Part shown: piece by piece, positions 40,901-51,500 of the stretch
Layout of the letters: each line of letters opens with the position of its first letter
Numbering within the stretch: the first letter of the stretch is position 1
DNA from: Giardia intestinalis
Taxonomy: Eukaryota
NCBI GenBank assembly: GCA_000002435.2
Contig: CM018793.1
Length of the DNA: 64,000 bases
Strand: one strand, 5' to 3'
Made by a program: the position numbers and the translations under genes
The notes under the pieces: generated by a model
Told to the model about the DNA's origin: nothing
The model's input: the letters and a program-made list of their open reading frames with translations, nothing else
Databases searched by the model: none

Positions 40901-43900
40901 AGTGCTCTCCTGACGGGTAAAAATGCCTCTGAGAACCTGAAAGGCCTTATCGATCTTACCAACCACGATAGCATGTTCCTGGACGACATTCTTTCTATGG
41001 GTAAGAATATCATTAGCATACTCGATCCTGAAAACGACTGCATTCTTGAAAGCATCCCAGCGTCTAGAATGGCAAGCAGTCGCAAAGGCCTGAGACCTGG
41101 TAATCTCACTGATCATGAGAGCTCCACTCAAATGGATGCCGTCGAGATCGCTCGTCTTATTACACCAAAGGATACTTCGTTGAGGACTCTGCAGCACAGT
41201 AGGCCACCTACTGCAGAGCAAAAGGATCTCTTTGGGTTTGATCTAATGAACCAACTGCTTCGTAATTTCGACTATAGACTAAATCGGAGGCGTGTGCGGA
41301 GCGGCATAAATGGCATCATCACTGTTTCTGATGAGTATACCAAAACAGTTTTGCTCCGAAGATCAGCCTCGTTGCCAACAATTGAGACCCTTAATAGAAA
41401 CAGGATTGATTTGGCCACAAAACTAGATTCCATTTTGGGCCATGAGATGGGGATAAGTAGATGGGATGAGGACGCAAATCGTAGCTATCGTGCACGCATC
41501 CTTTCAATAGATCGTCTTTCTGATCCTGAGAGCAGCATTTGGGATACTGAGGAAACGTTCAGCTCTTCCTACAGCTCTGTGCCGAGCGATTTAGAGGATA
41601 GCGGGGTATGTATTCCTATGCCTGCTACAAGTTTGGTACCATTCGCTGCACGGAACTGCTTTTCAGCAGATGCGCCTAGACGAGTGAAGTTGTCGTTAGA
41701 CAAAGACCCTCTTCCTAGAAGATCGTATTCTGCTAGGCGAGCCGCTGAGGCGACACTCATAAATCTGCAACCTTTAGACACAGACCTGTATGCTACTCGC
41801 ATAGCTACCTGTGGAACCATAGATTTAGGAATAGATCTGGATAATGACAGGGCAGTTACTCCGACAGGACGTGTGCACCCTGATAATGTTGACAGTTCAG
41901 GCTCAGAGGGTCCTTCAGATAGCGATGTGCCCCGCTTGAACTCCGGGACAAGATCTCCGAGCCCTACTACATCGTTGTCTGATACCATATCCAATGAACC
42001 CACTGAATACGCACCATCTATCTTCGGCATTAGAGGAGAGTTTGATCCTAATCAATACGTCGTCTCTTCGTCGTATCTCCCTGACCTTTTGCTTCGTGCA
42101 GCGCTTCAAGATTTAAAAAAGCAAATGGCGACTACGAGCAATACAAAAAGGCCTTTACCCCTGCTTCGAGACGATTGTTCACAAATATTTAAAGCATTGC
42201 GCAAACCATCTATTATATCCAACATCAAGGTTCAGAAAAAGCAAAGTCAATACGGATACAACCCGTTGTCCCGGTACTGCATGCAAAACCATATGTTTTG
42301 TCCGCGAGAGCACTTCGAGCTCCGCACTCTAGCCACGAGAGATGTAGCTCTTGATGTAAAGCGGAGAGCATATTCATTTGATAAGCTGGAGCCTTTAATT
42401 CTCGCTAAAGAAAAGTATGGACAAAAGCCCATACAGTCCCAGCGTGCGCATAACCATCTTCTGAATGCTGACCTTAACGACAACACGTGCCTGTCTAACT
42501 GTCCAGATTGGTCGCTTAGAGACGATTATGACTATCTAAGTTTTAAGCCTATAAAGAGCAGAAGATGGGAAAGAAGAGGATATGCTGACCATACCGGTGC
42601 ATCGCTTATTACAAACCAACAACGAACCCCGCCAATAGTACAGCAATCTACAACCGTTGCCCCATATACTTTTGTTGGAGACGAAGACCATAGAGCTGCT
42701 GTTAGACTCAAAGCGTTTACTACCCACGCAGAGACCCTGGCCCTAAACCGGATAAAGCGAAGACAAGCAAGCACTCTGCCACTTATTACAAAAATGAGGG
42801 CCTTTAAGAAGCTTTTCACCAGAGAACTATACGAGGATTGGGCCAGATTGTATCGTCACAATGTGATCAGAAGGGATACCCTCTACGATGATCAGTTTGA
42901 GGTTACCGTCATGAAGCCAACGTTTCCACTATATTATCATGTAATGACAAACAAAACTGAAATGGACGGAATGATCAATAACATAATCAACGACGAAGCC
43001 GACGGCTTAGAGTCGGTTGTGCATGCAAATTTAGTGGTTACAAAAGCGCAGTTTCCCTTTTCTGGTCCTCAAAATCAGTCTATCGATTCTCTCTTTGACG
43101 ACATGCAGTTAGCACTAGGCTCATGGCCCGAGCAGCAGTCTGAAGAAAGCATGATACCACATCATTATGCTCTTCCTCCTAAACCACCTTATTACAACCC
43201 GCGAATTCCTGTTGTTGACTCCTTCGATGGATTCTATGATCCTGCTTCTATTGTTCCACTGGAGCCACTCCTTCCAGAAGGAGAGGACGGAATCCAGCTG
43301 CAAATTGGCGTGTTTACACCATATGCGTTTTGTCTAAAGAATCCCGAGTTTGTTGATAACGAAAAGCTAACAACGGTTTTAAATCCAGTTGCATACATGA
43401 GCTGCAATGACGTTATACTGAGTTCTTCTCACTGTGAGAAACCGCATAGTTTCCTAGCAAAGCATTTAAAGGAGGCGGGATACCCCCTGGCTGATGGTAC
43501 TGACAATGAACCATTAGACTTGGAGCAACTAGACTCGCGACAAGGCTGTCTAGCATCCTTTGATGTCAGAGTCAATGAGTTTATTACATCTTTCTTTAGT
43601 CTTTCCGAGGCTAGATCAGAGGACCTTCCAAAATACCACAAGGGTATCTATGCTCACTCAGTTCATTCATTGCCGTCGCATACAGAAGGTTTCCTTCCCA
43701 GGGTTCGGCTTTCCATGCTCACAGTTGGGCAGGCAGCAAAGACAGTATTCATACGATATTTTCAATCATTCACGCCAGTGCAGAGGAAGATAATGGCCCA
43801 GACTGCGTCACGAGGCATTACCATTGATTACAACCGGCTTAATTATGTTCCATATTCATTTTTGCAGCTACTGTTGCTCTACTCCACTGCACTAGCAATC

Positions 43901-46183
43901 CTTGAGCTCCTGAAGGGCCAAAGATATGCATCCAAGCATCCAGAACAATCAGTGCCGTTACCAGGTTCTCGCCGGTTGCGTTATATTCTTGATACGCAAT
44001 TCCCTGTAGAGCCAATCCTGCCGTCCAAAATGAAAAATAAAAAAGATAGCTATGGACGTGCCTCATCAGACGTATATACAGAGCCATACTTTAATTTCTA
44101 TAGTGTCCAGGCTGTACTGACATACAGCTGCGAAACCTTTGTTCGATATTTATTAATAATAATATACTATGTGCGATTGTGCAATCTGGAGACCTGCATT
44201 TCGAGATTTGTGGATTATCAACTTAGGCGAGTGCTCAAACAGGATGCGTATATACAAGAGCTTTCAGACCCATACAAAGGTGTGGTGAGAATCTATGAGC
44301 AAATGGAAACTCACATTTGCGCTGTCCGTAGCTTGCAAAAGGTCAAGGAATTCAGCTGTGTCTACGAAGATTGCCTTCGGCAATCTATATTTAAAGCCGC
44401 TTCGGGTGAAGTTTCAGTAACTCGACCGTTTCCCTTTCTAACATACTTTGGGCCTCGATCAGATCTTGCAGCCTTGTCCCGTATACTAGGGAAAACTCTA
44501 GGAATATCTGCAGATTTGCTACCAATGCAAAGTACCACCTTAGCCGTGATTTACAATGACAGTGACTTAAAGGCGGAAGCACTTGAGGCCATTCTAAGTA
44601 AGTATGCCATCGGCTGCATGCTTGATGATACAAAAATGCATATCCATGGAGTCTACGCTGCGATTCTGAATCGTTTCCAACTTACCAAGAGGACTCTTGC
44701 GAGCGAAAGTACTCAGTACTTCTCTGGGTTTATAACCAACTTAGTTGCGATACCTCTATCTATACTAATTCTACTCAGTAGATTGGAAGAGATTGAATCG
44801 CTAGACATATCGCATACCCAAAAGGCCGTTATTTGTCGCAAGTTACACATAGTATTGCTTGAGGCATACATTAGGGCGTTCATTACACACAAGAAACTAT
44901 CGCTGGCCATATTTTCTCCGTTGGTTCCCATGTATGTCCATACCTTTAGAATTCCAAGGTCATCAAGCTACCAGAGCTATGCATCAATGCTCCGTCAGAG
45001 GCAGCATGCTATTTATAAGATTCTTTATAACGCTTCTATGCACGAATTGCGGCTGCGCATGCACAACAACTATGTAATACAGCATCCTGATATAACAGGT
45101 GTCATTGGAATAGCTAAAGCAAATGCGCTCTCTCACTTCTTCTCTACTCACTTTCATCCTGCATATGTGGCTGGCTATGTGAAGTATACCGTTTGCCACA
45201 AGGTAATAATAGGTGAGGGGATTTATTCCGAGGCAGATATTGGCGCCAAGGATGAGTCATCTCAGTTAGATGCTTCAACTATCTCTATCCCCGGCAAGGC
45301 CTACTCTGAGCTACGTGATAACCAGTCTGAGTCTTCTCTCAATCTTTCGTGGTATACGTCACTCTGCAACGCCGTGATTAAGAATCCATTGGCAGAAGGA
45401 ATACAAAAAGCATACAAGAATAGATACTCGTATGACCTCTATGAAGACAACGTTTCTCTGTTAGAGCAAGTCAACCAATCCTCCTACAAAGGAAACTCGC
45501 AATTTCTAGCATTAGTCGCTACAAACAAATTTGACGAGCTGCGTCGAAACATTGAGGAACGGAGACTTAGCTTAGACAGAGGACGCCTTAGTGAAGAGCC
45601 GACAGGCCGGAGCATTGACCAATCAAGAGAGGACCTTCCCGCCCTTGGGAGGAGCATCTTTCGCAATCGGATATTAGACACGTTGAAAAGCAGCATTGTA
45701 GATCCGGCGCAGAAGAACTTCGGGGATAAGAGTATGATTGAAAGGTCATCGGCGGAGGAGCTATGCATTAGTGAATCCCTCGGGGATTCTGTTCAGGCTG
45801 GTGAGCGGATACTTGCGAATACTACTGTGCAACTCCTCAAAACACAGAAGCTGGCGCATAACATATCGAACTGGACTGAGATTGCAAAAGATGAGGAATC
45901 AAACCTGGAGCAATCCTGCATAGCAAACCCTCCAGACGCTACGACGCAAAATTCAAATAGAGCTAGCGTTGACTCTACATATGAATTGCGTAGGGCATTT
46001 ACTGATATCCGTGTACCTAGGTATCGTACATCCAGTGTACTGGTGCATACTAACACAAAGCGTCTTGGAATCTTACTCAACAAACCATTGCCGTCTATTC
46101 CTGCCGGTTCCACTCATAGATCTTCTTTCATAGAGGAAGAAGAGTTATTCGCAAAGGGTAGGAGGAGCGCTTCAAATGCTTAG
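37901..46183 (+). CDS. Giant hypothetical protein (2760 aa), Ser/Arg-rich.
   Basis: An uninterrupted 8.3 kb ORF with an ATG start. It is divergent from the 3044-aa gene across a spacer of about 67 bp containing a T9 run. Confidence 0.7.
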   Translation: MSFQLHVSPGPSQQLLHQGIVVKYSGSTSVAAQKSPVLSDNLNACTASALSKQIAKVGTLSSHKVIDISLCDDAAYVLLSTGQRLKLAVTPPEDQAATSLFTSAPVEDFVAWPALSFPGPEYLACQTRVVVVYNFLFRPSNVSTNVLAEQPDNAAGEGSQKHLFSYVALIFSNPQFLPMNRLLLDGNFLITNCAFDESTVIVSLLSGHILFIDRTQQLQKHNVIDSSNYSYYGLISYASLASQLMSDFQSAFSGNFSFREAIRLLSISPSKHVPFIAFRGCDFILAMPLGCIFIFTRHRLHDGGSSRLVLSHATVTLPFVRHDLPNKSFKITHYAASRVSFFLPVSDTILIVGYDNSVIQYYCWDVDGMAHPLDGVDLSAGRITHIHAGLMLLSDSRDSASSSSTSGLTHPTQPSNMVPVKVLIVATIGSSLFFVVQCFPKMALITTISAPERFIDSGKICSPTNQQFSPILIYTAIDGSLRYTHFPNGYLFRSGLYESGETAQHHERPDKTVQKITSLLKNVTCQYESDESASELNVLNDRSKAAIPAFLLSSSEHEASSHSTEEHNRPKRSILDIGNIKTEPTGSSHRRKRPRKLTSIGARSSLWTPSVHNKVLALGEPAEPELLQSIESLSISPFDNKSTSPHVAPTFQLACRPFEQVSVQLGTEPLLVELQGLYSLLGTIHRRKLETGERVSYDDSSLTRLSIIRNTHDLIKRTALMTQRVTISEYQKSISPSINIHKLLMSPENLTRATELLARNDQIFRSSRNRILPHVRNAYLHLKYADRVTGKAKKRPSSPFRLARPLANQFAPLTKTGSLTSTIFSGPRRSLSLKPYGSHRGVHGHLSAERVLKHKGSHAFRYLPILARDLMLDNVYPVLMEPEYISRSAWSPSLKPREGPHHLTSIIMRSRSRQTELITHRHTDNFIGVLRSKVLEKPVEGTLNRVKHKEKERARPKIVVNRYEHIKVIDKELLKDLRRFKALRLGRDLGGRILRDKAVLSALLTGKNASENLKGLIDLTNHDSMFLDDILSMGKNIISILDPENDCILESIPASRMASSRKGLRPGNLTDHESSTQMDAVEIARLITPKDTSLRTLQHSRPPTAEQKDLFGFDLMNQLLRNFDYRLNRRRVRSGINGIITVSDEYTKTVLLRRSASLPTIETLNRNRIDLATKLDSILGHEMGISRWDEDANRSYRARILSIDRLSDPESSIWDTEETFSSSYSSVPSDLEDSGVCIPMPATSLVPFAARNCFSADAPRRVKLSLDKDPLPRRSYSARRAAEATLINLQPLDTDLYATRIATCGTIDLGIDLDNDRAVTPTGRVHPDNVDSSGSEGPSDSDVPRLNSGTRSPSPTTSLSDTISNEPTEYAPSIFGIRGEFDPNQYVVSSSYLPDLLLRAALQDLKKQMATTSNTKRPLPLLRDDCSQIFKALRKPSIISNIKVQKKQSQYGYNPLSRYCMQNHMFCPREHFELRTLATRDVALDVKRRAYSFDKLEPLILAKEKYGQKPIQSQRAHNHLLNADLNDNTCLSNCPDWSLRDDYDYLSFKPIKSRRWERRGYADHTGASLITNQQRTPPIVQQSTTVAPYTFVGDEDHRAAVRLKAFTTHAETLALNRIKRRQASTLPLITKMRAFKKLFTRELYEDWARLYRHNVIRRDTLYDDQFEVTVMKPTFPLYYHVMTNKTEMDGMINNIINDEADGLESVVHANLVVTKAQFPFSGPQNQSIDSLFDDMQLALGSWPEQQSEESMIPHHYALPPKPPYYNPRIPVVDSFDGFYDPASIVPLEPLLPEGEDGIQLQIGVFTPYAFCLKNPEFVDNEKLTTVLNPVAYMSCNDVILSSSHCEKPHSFLAKHLKEAGYPLADGTDNEPLDLEQLDSRQGCLASFDVRVNEFITSFFSLSEARSEDLPKYHKGIYAHSVHSLPSHTEGFLPRVRLSMLTVGQAAKTVFIRYFQSFTPVQRKIMAQTASRGITIDYNRLNYVPYSFLQLLLLYSTALAILELLKGQRYASKHPEQSVPLPGSRRLRYILDTQFPVEPILPSKMKNKKDSYGRASSDVYTEPYFNFYSVQAVLTYSCETFVRYLLIIIYYVRLCNLETCISRFVDYQLRRVLKQDAYIQELSDPYKGVVRIYEQMETHICAVRSLQKVKEFSCVYEDCLRQSIFKAASGEVSVTRPFPFLTYFGPRSDLAALSRILGKTLGISADLLPMQSTTLAVIYNDSDLKAEALEAILSKYAIGCMLDDTKMHIHGVYAAILNRFQLTKRTLASESTQYFSGFITNLVAIPLSILILLSRLEEIESLDISHTQKAVICRKLHIVLLEAYIRAFITHKKLSLAIFSPLVPMYVHTFRIPRSSSYQSYASMLRQRQHAIYKILYNASMHELRLRMHNNYVIQHPDITGVIGIAKANALSHFFSTHFHPAYVAGYVKYTVCHKVIIGEGIYSEADIGAKDESSQLDASTISIPGKAYSELRDNQSESSLNLSWYTSLCNAVIKNPLAEGIQKAYKNRYSYDLYEDNVSLLEQVNQSSYKGNSQFLALVATNKFDELRRNIEERRLSLDRGRLSEEPTGRSIDQSREDLPALGRSIFRNRILDTLKSSIVDPAQKNFGDKSMIERSSAEELCISESLGDSVQAGERILANTTVQLLKTQKLAHNISNWTEIAKDEESNLEQSCIANPPDATTQNSNRASVDSTYELRRAFTDIRVPRYRTSSVLVHTNTKRLGILLNKPLPSIPAGSTHRSSFIEEEELFAKGRRSASNA

Positions 46184-46333
46184 GGCACGTCTCTACTTCA
46201 ACCTCTTGGTCTATTCTGGATTGTTGGTAAAGCATACTGCGCCGTTAACTGTTAGCAACGTCTGTTGATATTATGCTAAAGTGTGGCAAACTACGAATAC
46301 ACAGCATCGGGTGAAGCGGATTGAAGGCTTGTC

Positions 46334-48094
46334 CTAAGTTAGTGAGGGAGACCCCAAGCATTCAGATAGCAAGCTGGGTGCCTCTTTTGTCCTTTCCTTT
46401 GACACCTTAATTACCCTATGCTCAGGGCTGCAATTATTGTGAATAAGCTCTTCGCACAGGTGGCAAAGTAGTGAGCCTCCTGCGCAAGTTAAGCAAATCC
46501 TATTACCATAGGCCAGCAAGCAAAACATGCATCTCTTTCTGACTTTTTTTGGTATAGCAATCTTTTGAGGAGCCGTCGGAGCATGTTTATCGCAAAAACA
46601 AGTTACTTTTGTTGCGGTAAGCAGCATCCATCGGATAGGATTATTACACTCCTCATCCTCCTCGTTACATTTGGATGGAGCAGCATGAATTATAACTGGT
46701 CCCTTTAATATATCATTTGGTGTCAATCCAGAAAGTAACCTTGGATTGTGATAAATAGATTTCATCCGAGGCTGATTTCCTCCACGAGAGAGGTACTCGA
46801 GGAGGAGGATTCTCTGACGGGCCTCATTGTTGCGAGGCAAGAGAATTGTTTGGACTAGCTCTATCATTGTCTTTTCCGAGCAGGACCAGAATTTAGGGGT
46901 GATGCGCACATATGGTCGCCAGGTTGCAGATTGGGTAAGTGGGGACAGGTCGAGCTGGGGGTTGTACCGCAGGAGCCAGAGATTTAGAGGTTTGCTTATA
47001 TCTAGAAGTGGAAAGCTATCCCAACACCTTGAGAGATATACCTTTTTGGGACGAAGTGCTCCATGGGTGGAACATGCACGCTCTAGTATCCAGATTACTG
47101 TGATGCCGAGTAAACACAGGCCAATAAGCTCCAGGATGAGGATAACCGCATTGGGCATGTCTGGCACAGCGGCTGCGTTTTGCAGCGTCTGCTCTACACA
47201 GTCTTCAAGTGACTTGTTCAAAGAATAGATTGTGTAGCTTACTAAAGAGGGCAGCAGCTTGTCTTGTTCAGTTGCTGCCATATAGAGGGTTGAAGGAGGT
47301 AGAACAGAGGGCACGCTACTGGCATTGTATACACGCCATACACCGCTTCTAAAGCGTGCACAAAGAAACTGTGAGACCTCCATAGATTGCTCGATTGTGC
47401 TGGGTACAGTTTCCACAGTACCGGGTAACTCGCATACATCAAATATGTTTGGTGCTGCACCCTCTACGATAGCATATAGTACTCGGACAGTAACAGAATC
47501 ACTGAGCTGTGTGTTTGCAGAAAGGGATGCTAAAAGGGGCACGGGGCGGTATAGGAGGCGAGCCTGTGTAGGAGAGACAATCCCAGCCGCGAGGAGACGG
47601 CTTCTATCTTCCAGGAGATCAACATTGACTATACTATCGAGGGTGCCCCTTATCCAGTCTTTCTCTGTCCAAAGTGAGATCGTAGGAATAGCAAGCACGG
47701 CACGTCTGCACACGTTTATTCGTTGAGGAATGGAGACACGTCCATCAGCATCTGCCCAAATGTAGAGGGGGCCATCCCTAAGCAGATTGTCAGAGACACG
47801 AAGGATAGTGGGAACATCGGGGGTCACTTCAAATGACTCCAGCCCAAAGGCACCCTCATCAGCAGGATCTGCTGTGCTGACATAGATTGTTGTACTGCAG
47901 CCGGAGACTTGTAAGACAGGACTGTCTGTGGCATAACATGGTCTCGAGTAGGAAAACGAAAGAAACGATCCAGAAATACTGGCTTCCGTACCCTTCTCGC
48001 GCATCGGCAAAAGTACTATTCTTGGCATGCAGTCTATGGACTCGTGAACAACTTCTAAGCAGATGGCCCATACAGTGAGAAATAGGAGGAGCAT
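46334..48094 (-). CDS. Membrane protein with a signal peptide, one transmembrane segment and a C-terminal Cys/His-rich zinc-finger-like tail. The track start at 48121 is a TTG, and the ATG is at about 48094.
   Basis: From the ATG the N-terminus MLLLFLTVWAICLEVVH is signal-peptide-like. The internal transmembrane helix is ILILELIGLCLLGITVIWIL. The C-terminal cluster is CFCDKH...CMFC...CLTC...CHLC...CSPEH. Confidence 0.5.
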   Translation of the reverse strand: MLLLFLTVWAICLEVVHESIDCMPRIVLLPMREKGTEASISGSFLSFSYSRPCYATDSPVLQVSGCSTTIYVSTADPADEGAFGLESFEVTPDVPTILRVSDNLLRDGPLYIWADADGRVSIPQRINVCRRAVLAIPTISLWTEKDWIRGTLDSIVNVDLLEDRSRLLAAGIVSPTQARLLYRPVPLLASLSANTQLSDSVTVRVLYAIVEGAAPNIFDVCELPGTVETVPSTIEQSMEVSQFLCARFRSGVWRVYNASSVPSVLPPSTLYMAATEQDKLLPSLVSYTIYSLNKSLEDCVEQTLQNAAAVPDMPNAVILILELIGLCLLGITVIWILERACSTHGALRPKKVYLSRCWDSFPLLDISKPLNLWLLRYNPQLDLSPLTQSATWRPYVRITPKFWSCSEKTMIELVQTILLPRNNEARQRILLLEYLSRGGNQPRMKSIYHNPRLLSGLTPNDILKGPVIIHAAPSKCNEEDEECNNPIRWMLLTATKVTCFCDKHAPTAPQKIAIPKKVRKRCMFCLLAYGNRICLTCAGGSLLCHLCEELIHNNCSPEHRVIKVSKERTKEAPSLLSECLGSPSLT

Positions 48095-48579
48095 AGCTTT
48101 TGTAACCAAGTACGTTTCCAATTAGTCGATCGGAAACGACGCACTCTTTGGAAACACACTAGATCGTCACCCTTTGGGAGCTCTGTTACAATGAGCCTTG
48201 TGCAACATGAGATTGGTCTTTTGCACTAGCTTGTGTCTACCGAAATGGCTTCACAGCTCTTTATCTATGACCTTGGTGATAATTGCTGAGTATTATTAGG
48301 CAATTACACACCTAAATCTCAGAGAAAACTAAGTACATGCGTTTACTTAGCCATTACACAGGATAGGGGGATTTCGTCGATGTTGATCAGTAACAATTTT
48401 CTTAGGTATGACTGGGGTAGACAAACTGTAGGGCGAATTATAGGGCCCCATACCGAACACTGCTGAACCACTGGCTAAAGAGTAACATTTGCTTCTGATA
48501 TTTCTAATTCAATTACATACCGGCTCCATTCTTGACGTCACAGCTCTACGCAAGGGCTGTCCCCTGTTCTCACAGCGCT

Positions 48580-51500
48580 ATGAAGGACACATCTACCGAA
48601 TCTATGCAGCAGTGTAGCACTGCAATAACAGCTATATCTCTCATTCTAAAGAGGGCCATAACTGCCTCCGAAAGCGTGCATCGAGAACTGAACGATGATG
48701 TTACAGTCGTTCATCATAATACGGTCCAGGCTGCCATGAATACTGACAATTATTCTCTAAATATGGACTACGAGCAAGAACTTCTTCAACTTAGAGAGGA
48801 GCTACACGCTGAGCTTAAGAAACTGTTGTCGACACTAGTTGGTGAATACCTACGGCATAAAGATTTAATAGAGTCGTTATCTAGAAGATTAGAGAGCCTG
48901 TGCTCTATAGAGGCCAAACAGGTATCCGGTGCACCTTCAAATCAACCAAGCAGTGATCTTCCATCTTCATTTCCTAATATCCATCGGCCTGAAGATAACG
49001 TCATAGCCACTGCAGCCGATGCCATTATAGAAGATCTAATTTTGCAGCATGCTCCCAACTTGTGCCTTGATTTGACGGAGATTCAGTTATGGGGTAAAAG
49101 AGCTAGTCTTCCTGTATTAATTGGCATCGTTAACCGGCTTATTTTGCAGTATACTACCACAGAGCTTACACTTTCTGAAATAACGCAAATACTTAATTCT
49201 ACAATTACTAGCATAAATGATTTAAAGCTTTCCTTTGAGCTATTAACCTCCCATCTAACTAGAGACGCCTTCAGACTAGTAGATATTAGCCATACTAATC
49301 CACCAAGAGGAAAAGGTGCAAGTATCATTGAACCTCTTTGTCTAGCATTATTATATTGGCTAACCGAATTGATACTTAAGGCTAAAGAAAAAGATTCTCA
49401 AATTGAAGCCATATTTTGTGCAGATAGAATGTCTGATGACGCGACACTTAAAGACTTGATGATGCAGTTGCAAGTCATTCGAGCAGACAACACTAGCACT
49501 CTGCTATCTGAGTCTGCCCTTTGGGAAGTAGAAGATAACCTGGAATGCCGCAAAGCTGAGCTACTGGTGGAGTCATGTAAAGAGGCGTCGGTGCTACTCA
49601 TTGAGAAGGACCGATATGTTCAAGAGATCAATAAGCTATTGACGATTCTGCTGAGTATTTTACATAAGAACAGCAGCCTTCCTTGTCCTTCTTTCAACGG
49701 GTCTCTTCTTTCAGATTTAGTTTCATCCAAGCTAGCTCTGCAACGGGTTGAGTTGGAGAAACAGCTGCTGGCCTGTTCTACGTCCTCAGTATTGCTGAAA
49801 AAGCTTATAATCTTACATGTAATGCGCCACTATGGCTATTCATCATCCCTGGATGTATGGTCTGTTCCATTAGGACCCCACGACAGTCTGTTGGTGGAGC
49901 AAGAGTATCTCTCTGCACAGGAATATTCAGCTCTTGCAAACTTACATAGTAATCATAGCGACTACGAGAACAAAGCGCTCTTGATGAAATTGATAGCGGA
50001 ACTCACTGAAGATCTGGATGCAGCCAAGCAGCTGCTAGATGGGCTTTCACTTAATATGTGCATTCCTGAGATAATTTTAGATAATACTGAGCAGTCTACC
50101 GATCCTTTATATTCATTGTCAGACTTAGATTGCTTTTCCAGTTTAGACGTAATTAGGAAACCTCTTATGATTCTATCCTACGAAGAATCTATTCCACAGA
50201 TAGCTGGACTTAAATGTAGATCTGGAAGTCATAAGGACTCTAGCAACCAGATTACTACTCTGACAGAGGATCTTCAAGCCATGATTTTGGATCATACATC
50301 TGATCAAGAGGTTTCTTTCTTATCTGCAACACAGTACACTGCCAGGACAACAATGAAAGAGCTTAGTGAGCTCATCCAAAGTAGGCTCCAGCTGTTCAAG
50401 ACTATCTGGGAAGATCTTTTAGAGATTGCTGGAAAGCGAAAAGAGATAATGAAGAATATCAAAGGTTTCTTATCTGGCTGCATCGACGAAGTGTCTAGTA
50501 CAGTAGCAGATTCTTCTCAAAAGCTGTCGCTGATTGTCAAGGATGCGCTTTTGCACGCTTTGAAACTTCTTTCCGCATCACCTTCAGCAAATATGGATCT
50601 GCTGAAAATCATATTGAACAAACTAAAGCATCAATTAGAAGAATTTGAGGTCAAGTGCATGCACAGTTCATGCGAGCTCCGATTCGATCTCTTAGGGGAG
50701 ACCCTGTCAATAGAGTCGGTTCTGGATGAATTCATTGAAAAAGCTCAACTCCAATATGACATGGTGATATCAAGAGCATATTTGACCGTCACCTGGACAA
50801 AGCTGATTTGTCTTAAAGAGTGTTGGTATCCTAGGCCCATGGCCGAACCCTTATTAATGGGACACAAGGCTCATTGCTCATCTATACACTCGGCCATAGA
50901 ACACTTCGTTACACCTATAGCCGTTCGCCAGGCACTATTGGATACGTTGGATGCACTAGCTTTGCAACCAAATACAGACACGTCTTTAGCTGAAGACGAT
51001 TTGCATGTTTCAGGCTTGGTGATCAGTCGCCCAACACCTCATCTTACCGCCAGTATCAAGGATAGTAAGAAGACTGCATCTAGCGTTTGCAGCGTCTCGT
51101 CAACTATTTCCGCTGCATCTTCGTTAGCATGCAAAGTAGCGGCCGACGTGCTCGCGCCAGATGCATCTGAAAAGGGGTATATTAGTGCCCTTCAAATGTC
51201 GCAATATGCCAAGGTTTCTAACTATGCTTATTCTGCGGCTCATTCTACTTTTGCTACTGATTCGGTAACCAGAACAAAACAGAGCACTGGATCATTGATG
51301 GCCAGTCAAGCTGTTTACAAGTTAGGAACTGGCGTCAAGGCAAGGCAACATGACACTTTATTCAACGGATATTCAGAAGATGTGGACACCCCCATGGAGC
51401 ATGGAACCATACACTACTTTGATGAAAATTATGACAAGCTCTATGTGGTTAAAGCTCTGGGAAGTTTGCGGAGACCGGAGGTGCGGATGTTGGAATACCT

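Noticed and set aside
48430-48470. CCATACCGAACACTGCTGAACC resembles the 5' part of a eukaryotic 5S rRNA (GCCATACCACCCTGAAC...).
   Set aside because: Similarity ends after about 20 nt. The downstream sequence lacks the conserved GATCTCGTCTGATCTCGGAAGC core and the complementary 3' end, so it is a chance match.
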